This document shows, in pieces, positions 46,514 to 55,730 of a DNA stretch of 64,000 nt (positions are counted from its first letter, which is position 1; every line of letters begins with the position of its first letter). The notes below the pieces were generated by a model. That model had not been told where the DNA came from. It worked only from the letters and a program-made list of their open reading frames with translations, and made no database searches. Source of the stretch: an uncultured Candidatus Saccharibacteria bacterium (GTDB lineage: Bacteria > Patescibacteriota > Minisyncoccia > RBG-13-40-8-A). The DNA lies in contig OZ246412.1 of NCBI GenBank assembly GCA_965231075.1, positions 170,019 to 234,018 of the forward strand, written 5' to 3'. The translations under genes were made by a program, and so were the position numbers.

Positions 46514-48087
46514 GATCTTTTTAAAATCTTTCCCAATCTTTTATTTGTATAATAACCATTTTCTACGGCAATTTCCCCATTGACCAATACGTATTCGATA
46601 CCCTTGGGATATTGATACGGGTTTTGAAAAGTCGACTTATCAATTATAGAAGCAGGATCGATAATTACTAGATCGGCCCAATAATCTTCTTTAATCAATC
46701 CACGATCTTTAAGCCCAAGCTTGGTAGCCGGACCATGAGTTATTTTGTAAATTGCCTCTTCCCAACTTACTAAGTGTTCTTGTTCAACGTATTTTCCCAA
46801 GAATCTCGGAAAGGTTCCGAAGCACCTAGGATGTACCAGATCATTTTTTTTATGATAATAATCAAGATTATAACCAACTCCATCAGAGGCGATAAATCCC
46901 AAAGAATCAGAAATACCTAACCTTATATTTTCTTCATTTAGAGTATCAACAAAAACTGTGATTCTTGCTTCGGAGATTAAAAGCATGTTTATAATTGCTT
47001 CTTCAATGCTTACGTTTTCGGCTCGGGCAATTTCGGCTATATTTTTACCAATAAACGATTTACTAATTGGCGAAACGGCCACAGTAATTTTGTCGTATTC
47101 GTAGGATCTTTTTTCTTGCATTTCTCTAATAATTTTTTCTCTAATCGAAGGATCTTTCAATCTTTTTAAAAGCTGTGTTTTCCCTCCTTCAGCAGCCCAA
47201 TCTGGAAGAAGAATATATAGCACAGATCCGGTTATGGTATAAGGATAAATATCAAAATTAATATTGGTTTTATTAGATTTTTTAATCATCTCTAATGCTT
47301 TTTTCATGTTTGGCCAATGATTTGTTCCCATTGCCTTAAGATGAGATATTTCCGTGTTTACACCGGTTTTTTTTGCTACCTCAATCGTCTCTTCGATTGC
47401 AGGAATTAATTCTTCGGCTTCACCTCTAACATGTGTGGTATAAAGACCATTAAAGCTTTTAACTACTTTGGCTAACTCGATTATTTCTTTGGTTGTAGCA
47501 ATTTTGGCATGACTATAAGCTAATCCCGTAGAGAGTCCAAATGCGCCTTGTTTCATTGCAGTTTTCAACATATCAACCATTATTTTTAATTCTTTCGGTT
47601 TTAATTCTCTAAACTCGTCTCTTAAAAGTCCCCTTCTTAAGGTTGAATGGCCGACTAGGCTTGCAAAGTTTACGCCAATTTTTAATTTTTCTAAAGAAGT
47701 TAAAAATTCCTTATAAGTTAACCAATTTAAATTTATTTCGTTAGTATTGGACCACTTTTGAATAGCCTTTAACCCCTCCTGAGAAACCAGCGGAGCCAAA
47801 GAAGAACCACAATTTCCCCCTAGAATTGTGGTTATGCCTTGGCGTAATAGACTTTCTTGACTAGGGATTGTGAATAAAGTTAAATAAGTATCAGAATGAT
47901 TGTTTAGGTCTATAAAGCCGGGAGTTAGATACATATTTTCAGCATGAATAACTCTTTTGCCTTTTTTGGCATCGATATTTCTTTTGATTCTGTCGATTCG
48001 ACCATTGTAAATTCCTACATCGGCCTTGTATTTGGCGTTTTTGCTTCCGTCGACAATGATTGCGTCTTTAATCAAAATATCATACAT
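46510..48087 (-). CDS. N-acyl-D-amino-acid deacylase (D-aminoacylase)-family amidohydrolase, 525 aa, located where murD normally sits
   Basis: N-terminal beta-sandwich (IKDAIIVDGSKNAKYKADVGIYNGRIDRI) followed by the HAENMYLTPGFIDLNNHSD metal site and a TIM-barrel amidohydrolase core. It does not look like MurD. Confidence 0.7.
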   Translation of the reverse strand: MYDILIKDAIIVDGSKNAKYKADVGIYNGRIDRIKRNIDAKKGKRVIHAENMYLTPGFIDLNNHSDTYLTLFTIPSQESLLRQGITTILGGNCGSSLAPLVSQEGLKAIQKWSNTNEINLNWLTYKEFLTSLEKLKIGVNFASLVGHSTLRRGLLRDEFRELKPKELKIMVDMLKTAMKQGAFGLSTGLAYSHAKIATTKEIIELAKVVKSFNGLYTTHVRGEAEELIPAIEETIEVAKKTGVNTEISHLKAMGTNHWPNMKKALEMIKKSNKTNINFDIYPYTITGSVLYILLPDWAAEGGKTQLLKRLKDPSIREKIIREMQEKRSYEYDKITVAVSPISKSFIGKNIAEIARAENVSIEEAIINMLLISEARITVFVDTLNEENIRLGISDSLGFIASDGVGYNLDYYHKKNDLVHPRCFGTFPRFLGKYVEQEHLVSWEEAIYKITHGPATKLGLKDRGLIKEDYWADLVIIDPASIIDKSTFQNPYQYPKGIEYVLVNGEIAVENGYYTNKRLGKILKRS

Positions 48088-48137
48088 ATGATTTACAAAT
48101 TCAAATTTAAAATTTTGAATTTCAAATTTTGAATTCG

Positions 48138-49217
48138 TTAAAATAAGTTTGAATCAATAAAAAACAAAATAAGTCCAATAACTGTAGTTACTCCAGCAAT
48201 AATCCAAAATCTCATTGTAACCTTAGTCTCTGGCCACCCCTTGGCTTCAAAGTGGTGATGAATTGGTGCTGATAAGAATATTTTTTTGTGACGGATTTTC
48301 TTAGATAATACTTGAATAATTACAGACAAAGATTCGATCAATAAAATAAATCCAATTAATGGTAAAAAAAACAAAGTATTTGTGAGCATAGCAATTACTC
48401 CTAGGGTTATGCCCAGGGCCATAACTCCCGTATCTCCCATAAAAAATCGTGCCGGATGAATATTAAACCAAAGAAACGCTAATAGCGCCCCCACAACCGC
48501 TCCACATAATGTAGCCAGCTCTATTTTGCCTTGGCTGAAGCAAATTACTCCATAAGCAGAAAACGCTGCCAACAACACGCCACCCGATAATCCATCTAGT
48601 CCGTCGGTTTCATTAGCGGAAAACGCCGATGCTACGATTGCAAAAATAAAAATTGGAATATACCACAAACCAATGTTAAAATCTCCAATGAATGGCACAT
48701 GAAGCAAGTCCCAATCAAGCTTAAAATAAAACCAATAAGCAGCAATGCAAGCAATGGCAGTATAGATGATAATTCTTTCTCGCATTCTCAATCCTTTGCC
48801 GGTTTTGCCCATTCTGTTTATGCCCATGAAATCATCAATTAACCCAATTAAAGCGGCAAACAACATGACACCTAGCGGTAATAAGGTTTGTTTTCTGGTT
48901 AAAAAATTATAGTCAGAAAAGATTGTGTCTGGTCCGAATATTTTGGTTAAAATTAGAACCAACACAGCAATAACAATAACCGTTACCCAAATTAAAATTC
49001 CTCCCATGGTTGGAGTTCCTTCTTTCTTTTTGTGTAGAGCTGTAAAAACCGGAGTGGTTCCTTCGTCCCTGATCCCCTTGCCCATTTTATATTTATACAA
49101 AAAATGGGTTAAAATCGGTGTCGAAAATAATGCCACAACAAAAGAAATCGCAGCAATGGTTAAAATTTTTATTACAGGAAATATATTTATTGCCATATCC
49201 ATGCGGTTTGTGTCCAA
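48138..49217 (-). CDS. mraY: Phospho-N-acetylmuramoyl-pentapeptide transferase
   Basis: 10 TM helices with MraY/WecA family loops (GLIDDFMGI, FFMGDTGVMALG, HHHFE). Confidence 0.85.
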   Translation of the reverse strand: MDTNRMDMAINIFPVIKILTIAAISFVVALFSTPILTHFLYKYKMGKGIRDEGTTPVFTALHKKKEGTPTMGGILIWVTVIVIAVLVLILTKIFGPDTIFSDYNFLTRKQTLLPLGVMLFAALIGLIDDFMGINRMGKTGKGLRMRERIIIYTAIACIAAYWFYFKLDWDLLHVPFIGDFNIGLWYIPIFIFAIVASAFSANETDGLDGLSGGVLLAAFSAYGVICFSQGKIELATLCGAVVGALLAFLWFNIHPARFFMGDTGVMALGITLGVIAMLTNTLFFLPLIGFILLIESLSVIIQVLSKKIRHKKIFLSAPIHHHFEAKGWPETKVTMRFWIIAGVTTVIGLILFFIDSNLF

Positions 49218-50137
49218 TCAATGAGTTTTTCGGTATCAATTTCTCGTTGAGTTGAACCCAAAACTACTGTAATTAAATAATTATCATTATAAATTTTTGA
49301 AATTGTCATTAAACATCCTCCTGCTTCATTGGTATAACCAGTTTTACCACCGATTAATTGAGGAATTTTTCCTAAAAGTTTGTTAGTGCTGGTGATTTTA
49401 TGAATTACACTTTTATCAATAGAGTAAATGGTTGTTTCGGGGGTCTTTAAAATCTCCGCAAGCAAAGGAGATTTAAATGCGTATTCGGCCAAGATAGCAA
49501 TTTCTGCAACAGTTGACTGATTATACGAATCAAGTCCAACTGGCTCTACAAAACTCGTGTTTTTCAGTCCCAACTCTTTTGCTTTGTCATTCATTTTTAA
49601 AATAAACTCATCATAGGTCATTTGTGGATTATCTTTTGCCAAAGACATTGCGGCATCGTTTGACGATTCGACAAGCATAATATATAACAGATCTTTTACT
49701 TTTAGTTTTTCATCGTTAATCAGTCCTCCGTTTGTGCCATCGGTTTCAATTGCGTCTTTCGATATAATAATAACGGTTTCCGGATCGTAATTTTCAATTG
49801 CGACGATTGCGGTCATTAGTTTCGTCAGACTAGCGATTGGTAAAACCTGATCGATGTTTTTTTGTAACAGAGTATTATCTTTCCGGTCGTTTCGGAAATT
49901 TAAAACTATTGCTGATTTTGCAAAAATTTCTGGTTCTTCTATGGACCAGTTTCTGATCGGGAAAAATTTATTATCAATATCATTTGAATTTGGTAGTTTA
50001 GATATTGTTTTGTCTCCCTGAGATTGATTGATGTTTGCTTGAATTGGTTTTTCATTATCATTAATTAATAACAAAACCCAGGCAATGCCAATTAATAACA
50101 AAACTATCAATATTTGCAGGAAATATTTCTTTACCAT
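49187..50137 (-). CDS. dacA: D-alanyl-D-alanine carboxypeptidase (S11, PBP5/6-like)
   Basis: N-terminal TM, SxxK motif (PIASLTKLMT), SxN (ESSND) and KTG (GKTGYT). Confidence 0.8.
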   Translation of the reverse strand: MVKKYFLQILIVLLLIGIAWVLLLINDNEKPIQANINQSQGDKTISKLPNSNDIDNKFFPIRNWSIEEPEIFAKSAIVLNFRNDRKDNTLLQKNIDQVLPIASLTKLMTAIVAIENYDPETVIIISKDAIETDGTNGGLINDEKLKVKDLLYIMLVESSNDAAMSLAKDNPQMTYDEFILKMNDKAKELGLKNTSFVEPVGLDSYNQSTVAEIAILAEYAFKSPLLAEILKTPETTIYSIDKSVIHKITSTNKLLGKIPQLIGGKTGYTNEAGGCLMTISKIYNDNYLITVVLGSTQREIDTEKLIDWTQTAWIWQ

Positions 50138-50155
50138 TTGTTTGTATTATAGCAC

Positions 50156-50188
50156 AAAAAAATAATCCACAGTAATCAACTGTGGATT
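50156..50188 (-). terminator. Rho-independent terminator after aspS (minus strand)
   Basis: AATCCACAG-TAATCAA-CTGTGGATT hairpin. On the minus strand it is followed by TTTTTTT. Confidence 0.75.
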
Positions 50189-50203
50189 ATTTAACGTCTA
50201 AGA

Positions 50204-51595
50204 TTATTTTTTTACTTTTTTGTCTGGAACTTTTATTTTTAATTCTTTAAGTTGGGCGTCGTCGATTCTGCCGGGTGCGTTCATCATTAAATCGCGACCA
50301 TCTCCGGCTTTTGGAAACGCCATAACTTCTCGAATATTGGCTTCGTTAGCCAACAACATGATTAAGCGATCAATTCCCCAAGCAATTCCGCCGTGTGACG
50401 GAGCACCAAAGGACAATGCTTCTAACATGTGTCCAAAATTATTGATGATTCTTTGCTCTTCAAATCCCATAATCTCAAAAACCGCTTTTAGGGCTTGTGG
50501 TTGATGATTTCTAATGCTTCCTCCGCCTAATTCATAACCATTTAAAGCGATATCGTATTGGGTGGTTAAAATTTCTCCGATTTTTTCTTTATTTAATAAC
50601 CATTCCATATGTGCAGGAATTGGACCAGAAAATGGATTATGGGTAAATGTCCACGAACCATTGTCCTCTTTTTCAAAAAATGGAAAATCAATAATCCAGC
50701 AAAATGCTAAAAGATTTTTGTTGTCCTTGTCTTTTCTTAAATCTGGTTTATCGGTGCCATATTTTTCCATTGCCTCTTTGCAACTGATTCTTGGAAATGG
50801 AATTTCTTGGATTTCCTTTTCTGGGCAAACATTTTTAATCATATTAATTATCAATTCTTCGTTTACGGCCATAACATCTTCGCGTTCAACAAAACTCATT
50901 TCTAAATCAAGCTGTGTAAATTCGGGTTGTCTGTCCCCTCTGGCATTTTCATCTCTAAAGCATCTGGCAATTTGAAAATACTTTTCAACTCCACCCACCA
51001 TTAACAACTGTTTGTATTGTTGTGGTGATTGTGGAAGGGCATAAAACGTTCCTTCTTGCAGTCTTGATGGTACAACATAATCACGCGCTCCTTCGGGAGT
51101 GGATTTGGTCAATATTGGTGTCTCAATTTCTAAAAATTGTTTATCCGATAAGAAATTGCGAATATATTGTATGATTTGATGTCTCAAGATTAAATTATTC
51201 TTAATTCTTTCTCTGCGGATATCAAGATATCTGTATTTTAAGCGAGATTCTTCATTAATTTCGTAGCCGTCGGTATCAATGGCAAATGGAGTTGTTTCGG
51301 CTTTATTGATAATTTCTAATTTTTCGGCTTGCATTTCAACTGTTCCGGTAGGAACATTTTTATTAATCATTTTTTCTGGTCTCTTGTTGATTGTTCCTTC
51401 GATTGAAATCACCCATTCAGTTCTTACATCTTTGACTATTTCGGCGTCGGTAAAAACAACCTGTAATATTCCAGATCGATCGCGTAAATCAATAAAAACA
51501 ATTTTGCCATGATTTCTGCGGTTATGCACCCATCCCGAAATCTTAACCTTCTCCCCCGCCTTATTAATTGTTTCAATAATATTAGTTCTTTCCAT
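50204..51595 (-). CDS. aspS: Aspartate--tRNA ligase, short archaeal/eukaryal-type (463 aa, no GAD insertion domain)
   Basis: N-terminal OB fold (ISGWVHNRRNHGKIVFIDLRDRSG), class II motif 2 (FQIARCFRDE) and motif 3 (GGGSIRNH...GIDRL). The length matches the non-discriminating type. Confidence 0.9.
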   Translation of the reverse strand: MERTNIIETINKAGEKVKISGWVHNRRNHGKIVFIDLRDRSGILQVVFTDAEIVKDVRTEWVISIEGTINKRPEKMINKNVPTGTVEMQAEKLEIINKAETTPFAIDTDGYEINEESRLKYRYLDIRRERIKNNLILRHQIIQYIRNFLSDKQFLEIETPILTKSTPEGARDYVVPSRLQEGTFYALPQSPQQYKQLLMVGGVEKYFQIARCFRDENARGDRQPEFTQLDLEMSFVEREDVMAVNEELIINMIKNVCPEKEIQEIPFPRISCKEAMEKYGTDKPDLRKDKDNKNLLAFCWIIDFPFFEKEDNGSWTFTHNPFSGPIPAHMEWLLNKEKIGEILTTQYDIALNGYELGGGSIRNHQPQALKAVFEIMGFEEQRIINNFGHMLEALSFGAPSHGGIAWGIDRLIMLLANEANIREVMAFPKAGDGRDLMMNAPGRIDDAQLKELKIKVPDKKVKK

Positions 51596-51635
51596 ATGTT
51601 TTTATATTATCATAAATTGTTAAAAAGTAAAATAA

Positions 51636-51872
51636 AAACCCCTCGACTATGCTCGGGGTAAAAAGCGGGGTCTACAACCGCCTTGTGATGGTTTTGGGCG
51701 ATGAAGCCCGATGCAGCAGACAACTGAAAGGAGTTGTAAATGTTTTTGGCAACGCCGTCCTATGTTGCAAAAACACTTACATTGTTGCGAGAAGGAGGTA
51801 CTCGCGAAAAAGAGCTAAGTTAATCCCGAGAAGGACTACTCCTCTTTGGCGTTGGTTGTAGACCCTGTTGTT
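51636..51872 (-). ncRNA. ~235-nt structured RNA on the minus strand, transcribed from its own promoter and ending in an intrinsic terminator ~40 nt upstream of the aspS ATG. It is either a cis-regulatory leader/attenuator or an independent small RNA; the class was not determined.
   Basis: A perfect 12-bp long-range helix (GGGUCUACAACC at 51869-51858 pairs with GGUUGUAGACCC at 51679-51668 on the minus strand) encloses ~170 nt containing several local hairpins. It is followed by a CCCC...GGGG hairpin and UUUUUAUUUU at ~51640-51660. Confidence 0.5.
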
Positions 51873-51878
51873 AATTCA

Positions 51879-51906
51879 ATACTATCAAATACAATAAAGA
51901 TGTCAA
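51879..51906 (-). promoter_or_regulatory. Sigma70-like promoter on the minus strand (TTGACA-16-TAGTAT) driving the structured RNA/aspS leader
   Basis: The reverse complement of 51901-51906 is TTGACA. The reverse complement of 51879-51884 is TAGTAT. The spacer is 16 nt. Confidence 0.6.
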
Positions 51907-51909
51907 TAG

Positions 51910-51932
51910 AAAAACCCCGCATCTGCGGGGTT
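51910..51932 (-). terminator. Rho-independent terminator after greA (minus strand)
   Basis: CCCCGCAGATGCGGGG hairpin. On the minus strand it is followed by a U-run. Confidence 0.8.
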
Positions 51933-51937
51933 TTGTC

Positions 51938-52387
51938 TTATTCAATATCTAGAATTTTATAACGAATTTTGCCGCCGGGGGTAAGGACAATTACTTCCTC
52001 CCCTTTCTTTTTACCAAAAAATGCCCTGCCCAACGGCGATTCATTGGAAATCATGCCCTTGGTTGGATCGGCTTCTTCTGATCCAACTAAAACGAATTCT
52101 TTTTTAGAGTCACTATTTTTAACGGTAATCTTGCAACCCACATCAACATAATCACATTTATGTTTTTTGTCGACGAGTTTAGCTTCACCTAAAAATTGTT
52201 CCAACTCTTTTATTTTACCTTCATTAAATGCTTGTGCTTCCTTGGCTTCGGTATATTCGGCACTTTCTGAAATATCGCCTCTTTCCTGGGCTTCTTTAAT
52301 TTGTTCCGATATGCTTTTTCGATTTTCCTTTAACTGCGTTAGTGTTTCGCGAAGTTCTTTATATTTTTCTGGGCTAATGTATTTCAT
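51938..52387 (-). CDS. greA: Transcription elongation factor GreA
   Basis: N-terminal coiled coil with acidic tip residues (ERGDISESAEY) and a C-terminal FKBP-like domain. Confidence 0.9.
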   Translation of the reverse strand: MKYISPEKYKELRETLTQLKENRKSISEQIKEAQERGDISESAEYTEAKEAQAFNEGKIKELEQFLGEAKLVDKKHKCDYVDVGCKITVKNSDSKKEFVLVGSEEADPTKGMISNESPLGRAFFGKKKGEEVIVLTPGGKIRYKILDIE

Positions 52388-52392
52388 TTTTT

Positions 52393-52423
52393 AAAAAACT
52401 ACAATGCCGTTACAACGGCATGT
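52393..52423 (-). terminator. Intrinsic terminator hairpin immediately upstream of the greA ATG. It ends the mreBCD-pbp2 operon and lies inside the predicted greA leader.
   Basis: ATGCCGTT-ACA-ACGGCAT hairpin. On the minus strand it is followed by UUUUUU and then AAAAA-AUG. A TTGACA-16-TAATAT promoter (minus strand, 52452-52479) lies just upstream. Confidence 0.65.
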
Positions 52424-52482
52424 AAGATAATTATTTTTTTATTAATATTTAATATTAGCGTAAATAAAATGAATGTCAATAC

Positions 52483-54360
52483 CTATCGCGTAAAGTACGC
52501 CCTAAACGCTTCTTTGGCAACCGCTGCCGATACTCCTCCAACCTCTGCGCCGTTTTCAATTAATACCGTAATAACTATTTCTGGATTTTCGTATGGAGCA
52601 AACCCCGTAAACCAGGCGTGTGCGTAGGCCTTTCCTTTGTAGGTTTCAGCGGTTCCGGTTTTGCCGGCAACATGAATCGGGAGATCATTCAGTGATTTTG
52701 CCGACCCAGAAATAATTGTTTCTCTCATTCCTTGTTTTACGACGTCAAAATGTTTTTGTTCCGCAGGGATTTCTCTGATTAATTCGGGCTCAGAGTCTAA
52801 AATTAATTGTGGTTTGAATAGTTTTCCGTTATTGGCCACAGCAGCAATCGCCGATGTTAATTGCAATGGACTAATGGTTATATCCCCCTGCCCAATTGAT
52901 GTGTTGTAAGTATCGCCAATATACCACTGCTCATTCTTGGTTTGTTGCTTCCAGTTTTCATCTGGCACAAGTCCGATTTTTTCTCCCGGTAAATCAATAT
53001 TCGTTTTTTCTCCCCAGCCGAACAGTTGTAAATATTGTTTTATTTTTTCAATGCCCAACCCTGATTGATTGCCATATCCTCCACCGATGCTATAAAAATA
53101 AACATCACAAGATTCGGCAATGGCCTTAATCAAATTTACTGTGCCATGTGTGTCCCAATCCTTAAATGTCCAATAAACACCACCCGAACTATTGTAAAGA
53201 TTAATGTACCCTGGACAATTTAACGTTTTTTCGGGAGTGATTATTTTCTCTTGAAGTGCAGCAATTGCTAGCATTGGTTTAATTGTTGAACCAGATGGAT
53301 ATCCTCCAGAAATAGCGCGGTTGATCAATGGGAAATCTTTGTTTTGAAATAATTTATTAATATAGTTTGAGTCCCCTTTGATAAATTCATTGTTATCAAA
53401 ACTAGGAAAATTGACCATCGCTAGAATCTTTCCATTTCTTGGATCCATGGCTACGGCCGAAGCGCGTGATGTAGATAAAGTACTCAACTTTTCTTTAAGA
53501 GAGTTATAAAGAACCGTTTGCAGTTCTGCATCAATAGACAAGATTAAATCTTTTCCGGAAATGGAATTTTTGGTTGCGAGAATCTTTTGGGTTTTGCCTA
53601 AATTATCAATTTCTGTTAATTCTTCGCCATGAGTTCCTTTAATTATGTTTTCGTAAATTTGTTCCAGACCAGTTCTACCGATATAATCATCTAACAAATA
53701 ATTGTTATTTTTAACCTCTTCGGGGGTAACTTTTCCTAAATAGCCTAAAACATGCGCAAACATTGAACCATTTTCATATTGTCTTCGATTGTTTTTCTGT
53801 ATTTTTATTTCCGGGACACCAGAGAATTCTGATTCCAGAATAATCGCTTGGTCCTTGTTAATGTCTTCAATAAGGATAATGGGATAGGTGTAATCGGCAT
53901 TTTTTAATATCTTTTCGCTGATAATTTCTCTGGATATCAACAAAATTTCTGATATTTTATTAATAATTTGTTCTGAATTAGGATTTTTTTTAAAATCGAT
54001 AGGCACAATTGTTAGATCTAATTTTGGCACATTGATTGCTAAAGGAGTCCCGTTGCGATCATAAATTATTCCCCTTAAGGATTCAATGGGATAAGAACGA
54101 ATTCGATTGTCTTCGGCTAGACCCCTCCAATAATTTCCTTTTATAATTTGTAATAAAAAAGCCTTGAAAAACAACACAACCAAAACAACGGCCACAAATA
54201 AAAAAAATAACCTTAACATATTTTCCTTGATTGGTTTTTCGAGCTTTTCTTTTTCACTTTCGGGAGATTCTTTTAATCGTTTTGAGTCCATTAAAATTTC
54301 TTCTGTGTCGATATCCTGAAATTTGTGTTTAATTTTGTATTTATTTGATTTTATCCACAT
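52483..54360 (-). CDS. mrdA: Penicillin-binding protein 2 / class B transpeptidase (elongasome PBP)
   Basis: SxxK (GSTIKP), SxN-like (SIGQGD region) and KTG (AGKTGTAE). It is immediately downstream of mreBCD. Confidence 0.85.
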   Translation of the reverse strand: MWIKSNKYKIKHKFQDIDTEEILMDSKRLKESPESEKEKLEKPIKENMLRLFFLFVAVVLVVLFFKAFLLQIIKGNYWRGLAEDNRIRSYPIESLRGIIYDRNGTPLAINVPKLDLTIVPIDFKKNPNSEQIINKISEILLISREIISEKILKNADYTYPIILIEDINKDQAIILESEFSGVPEIKIQKNNRRQYENGSMFAHVLGYLGKVTPEEVKNNNYLLDDYIGRTGLEQIYENIIKGTHGEELTEIDNLGKTQKILATKNSISGKDLILSIDAELQTVLYNSLKEKLSTLSTSRASAVAMDPRNGKILAMVNFPSFDNNEFIKGDSNYINKLFQNKDFPLINRAISGGYPSGSTIKPMLAIAALQEKIITPEKTLNCPGYINLYNSSGGVYWTFKDWDTHGTVNLIKAIAESCDVYFYSIGGGYGNQSGLGIEKIKQYLQLFGWGEKTNIDLPGEKIGLVPDENWKQQTKNEQWYIGDTYNTSIGQGDITISPLQLTSAIAAVANNGKLFKPQLILDSEPELIREIPAEQKHFDVVKQGMRETIISGSAKSLNDLPIHVAGKTGTAETYKGKAYAHAWFTGFAPYENPEIVITVLIENGAEVGGVSAAVAKEAFRAYFTR

Positions 54361-54838
54361 ATTTGATCTTGCTTGTGTACCATTTAATTAAATAAAACAT
54401 GGGTAAGACAAAAATTAGTCCATATATCGTTTCCATTATAAATTCCAACCAATAAAAACTAAATCCTAAATGAAATAATTTTGAAAATACGATTAATAGA
54501 ATCTCGTTAAAAATTAAAGAAATAACAAAAATCAAAATTAATGATAATTTGTTTTCTTTTTTAAAATATCTTCGATTTAAAAGCTCAACAACAACACAAC
54601 TCAACAACAAAATAACGATTGATATTCCGATAATATTGTTTAGAGAATAAAAATCAAAAAACAATCCCACACCAATAATCCAGCCTAAGTTTTGTTTCCA
54701 TCCTCTTAAAATCGTTAATGCAATCAACGCCAAAAAAATTAAATTAGGATAGGTGTTGAGAATTTTAAAATTTGGCAAAATGCCAATTTGTAAAAACAAT
54801 AACAGAATAATAAATAATAAAACGATAAAATATCTCAC
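54341..54838 (-). CDS. mreD: Rod shape-determining protein MreD-like membrane protein
   Basis: 165 aa with 5 TM helices. It lies between mreC and pbp2 and overlaps the pbp2 start. Confidence 0.6.
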   Translation of the reverse strand: MRYFIVLLFIILLLFLQIGILPNFKILNTYPNLIFLALIALTILRGWKQNLGWIIGVGLFFDFYSLNNIIGISIVILLLSCVVVELLNRRYFKKENKLSLILIFVISLIFNEILLIVFSKLFHLGFSFYWLEFIMETIYGLIFVLPMFYLIKWYTSKIKYVDKIK

Positions 54839-54920
54839 GAATTTCTAACTAACCTAATTATTCTAATCAAATCCCAATTGCCAATTCCCATTTAGACTAA
54901 TTAGAAATTAGGTCAATTTG

Positions 54921-55730
54921 TCATTTAATGATTATTACGTTTTCTAATTTAGAAAAATCAATCATTGGAGAGATTATAACCTTTTGGAAAATCTGATTAT
55001 CTGACGGATCAATACTTTTAATTGTACCAATAATAATGCCCCTGGAATATAAATTGTCCATGCCGGAAGTAATCACTTTTTCATTTAATTCGACTTCTTC
55101 TGTGTTGGGAATAAAATCCATAAACAATCCTCCTTTCTCACTTCTCTTTACCAGCCCCTCGGCCCGGCTATTTTCGAGTATTGCTGAAATGGTAGAATCT
55201 TTATGAGAAACAAGCATTACCTTAGAAAAACCCTCTGAAACCTCAAAAATTCTGCCTATAAGCGCTTTTTCTGGCGAAACAACCACCATCCCCTCTCCAA
55301 CCTTGTTATTGCTTCCCTTGTCGATTAAAATCCAATCCCGAGTACCTTGAATGTCTTTGCCGACAATCGTGGCTACTTCTTCAATTGAATATTCCGTTTT
55401 ATCGATTTCGAGTGTTTGTCTTAAAAAATCATTTTCTCTTCTGACTTCTTTGAGTTGAGCGATTTCGGTCTCCAGTGTTAAGTTTTTTTGTCGGAGTTCA
55501 ATGTTTTCTTTGTTTAAATTGCCAATAGAAATTAACATTTGGAAAAAATTAGCAATTCCCCTACCAATATTTGAAAATAATTTTGTGATTGGTGAAAATA
55601 TTTTATAAACAAAATTCCCAAGTCCTTTATTGAGACCGGGGATTAAGTTTATGATAACCAAAACGATGATTAGAATGAAAAGTATTAAAAATATCTTTTT
55701 CATTTTATTTGGGAACCTCGCCGTAATCAC
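54921..55730 (-). CDS. mreC: Rod shape-determining protein MreC
   Basis: N-terminal TM, a coiled coil (NKENIELRQKNLTLETEIAQLKE) and a C-terminal beta domain. It is downstream of mreB. Confidence 0.8.
   Translation of the reverse strand: MITARFPNKMKKIFLILFILIIVLVIINLIPGLNKGLGNFVYKIFSPITKLFSNIGRGIANFFQMLISIGNLNKENIELRQKNLTLETEIAQLKEVRRENDFLRQTLEIDKTEYSIEEVATIVGKDIQGTRDWILIDKGSNNKVGEGMVVVSPEKALIGRIFEVSEGFSKVMLVSHKDSTISAILENSRAEGLVKRSEKGGLFMDFIPNTEEVELNEKVITSGMDNLYSRGIIIGTIKSIDPSDNQIFQKVIISPMIDFSKLENVIIIK

Noticed and set aside
51636-51872. A confident T-box riboswitch call for the aspS leader
   Set aside because: The architecture fits (promoter, structured domain, terminator, aaRS gene), but I could not find the conserved T-box sequence AGGGUGGNACCGCG or an obvious specifier loop. 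I kept it as an unclassified structured RNA.
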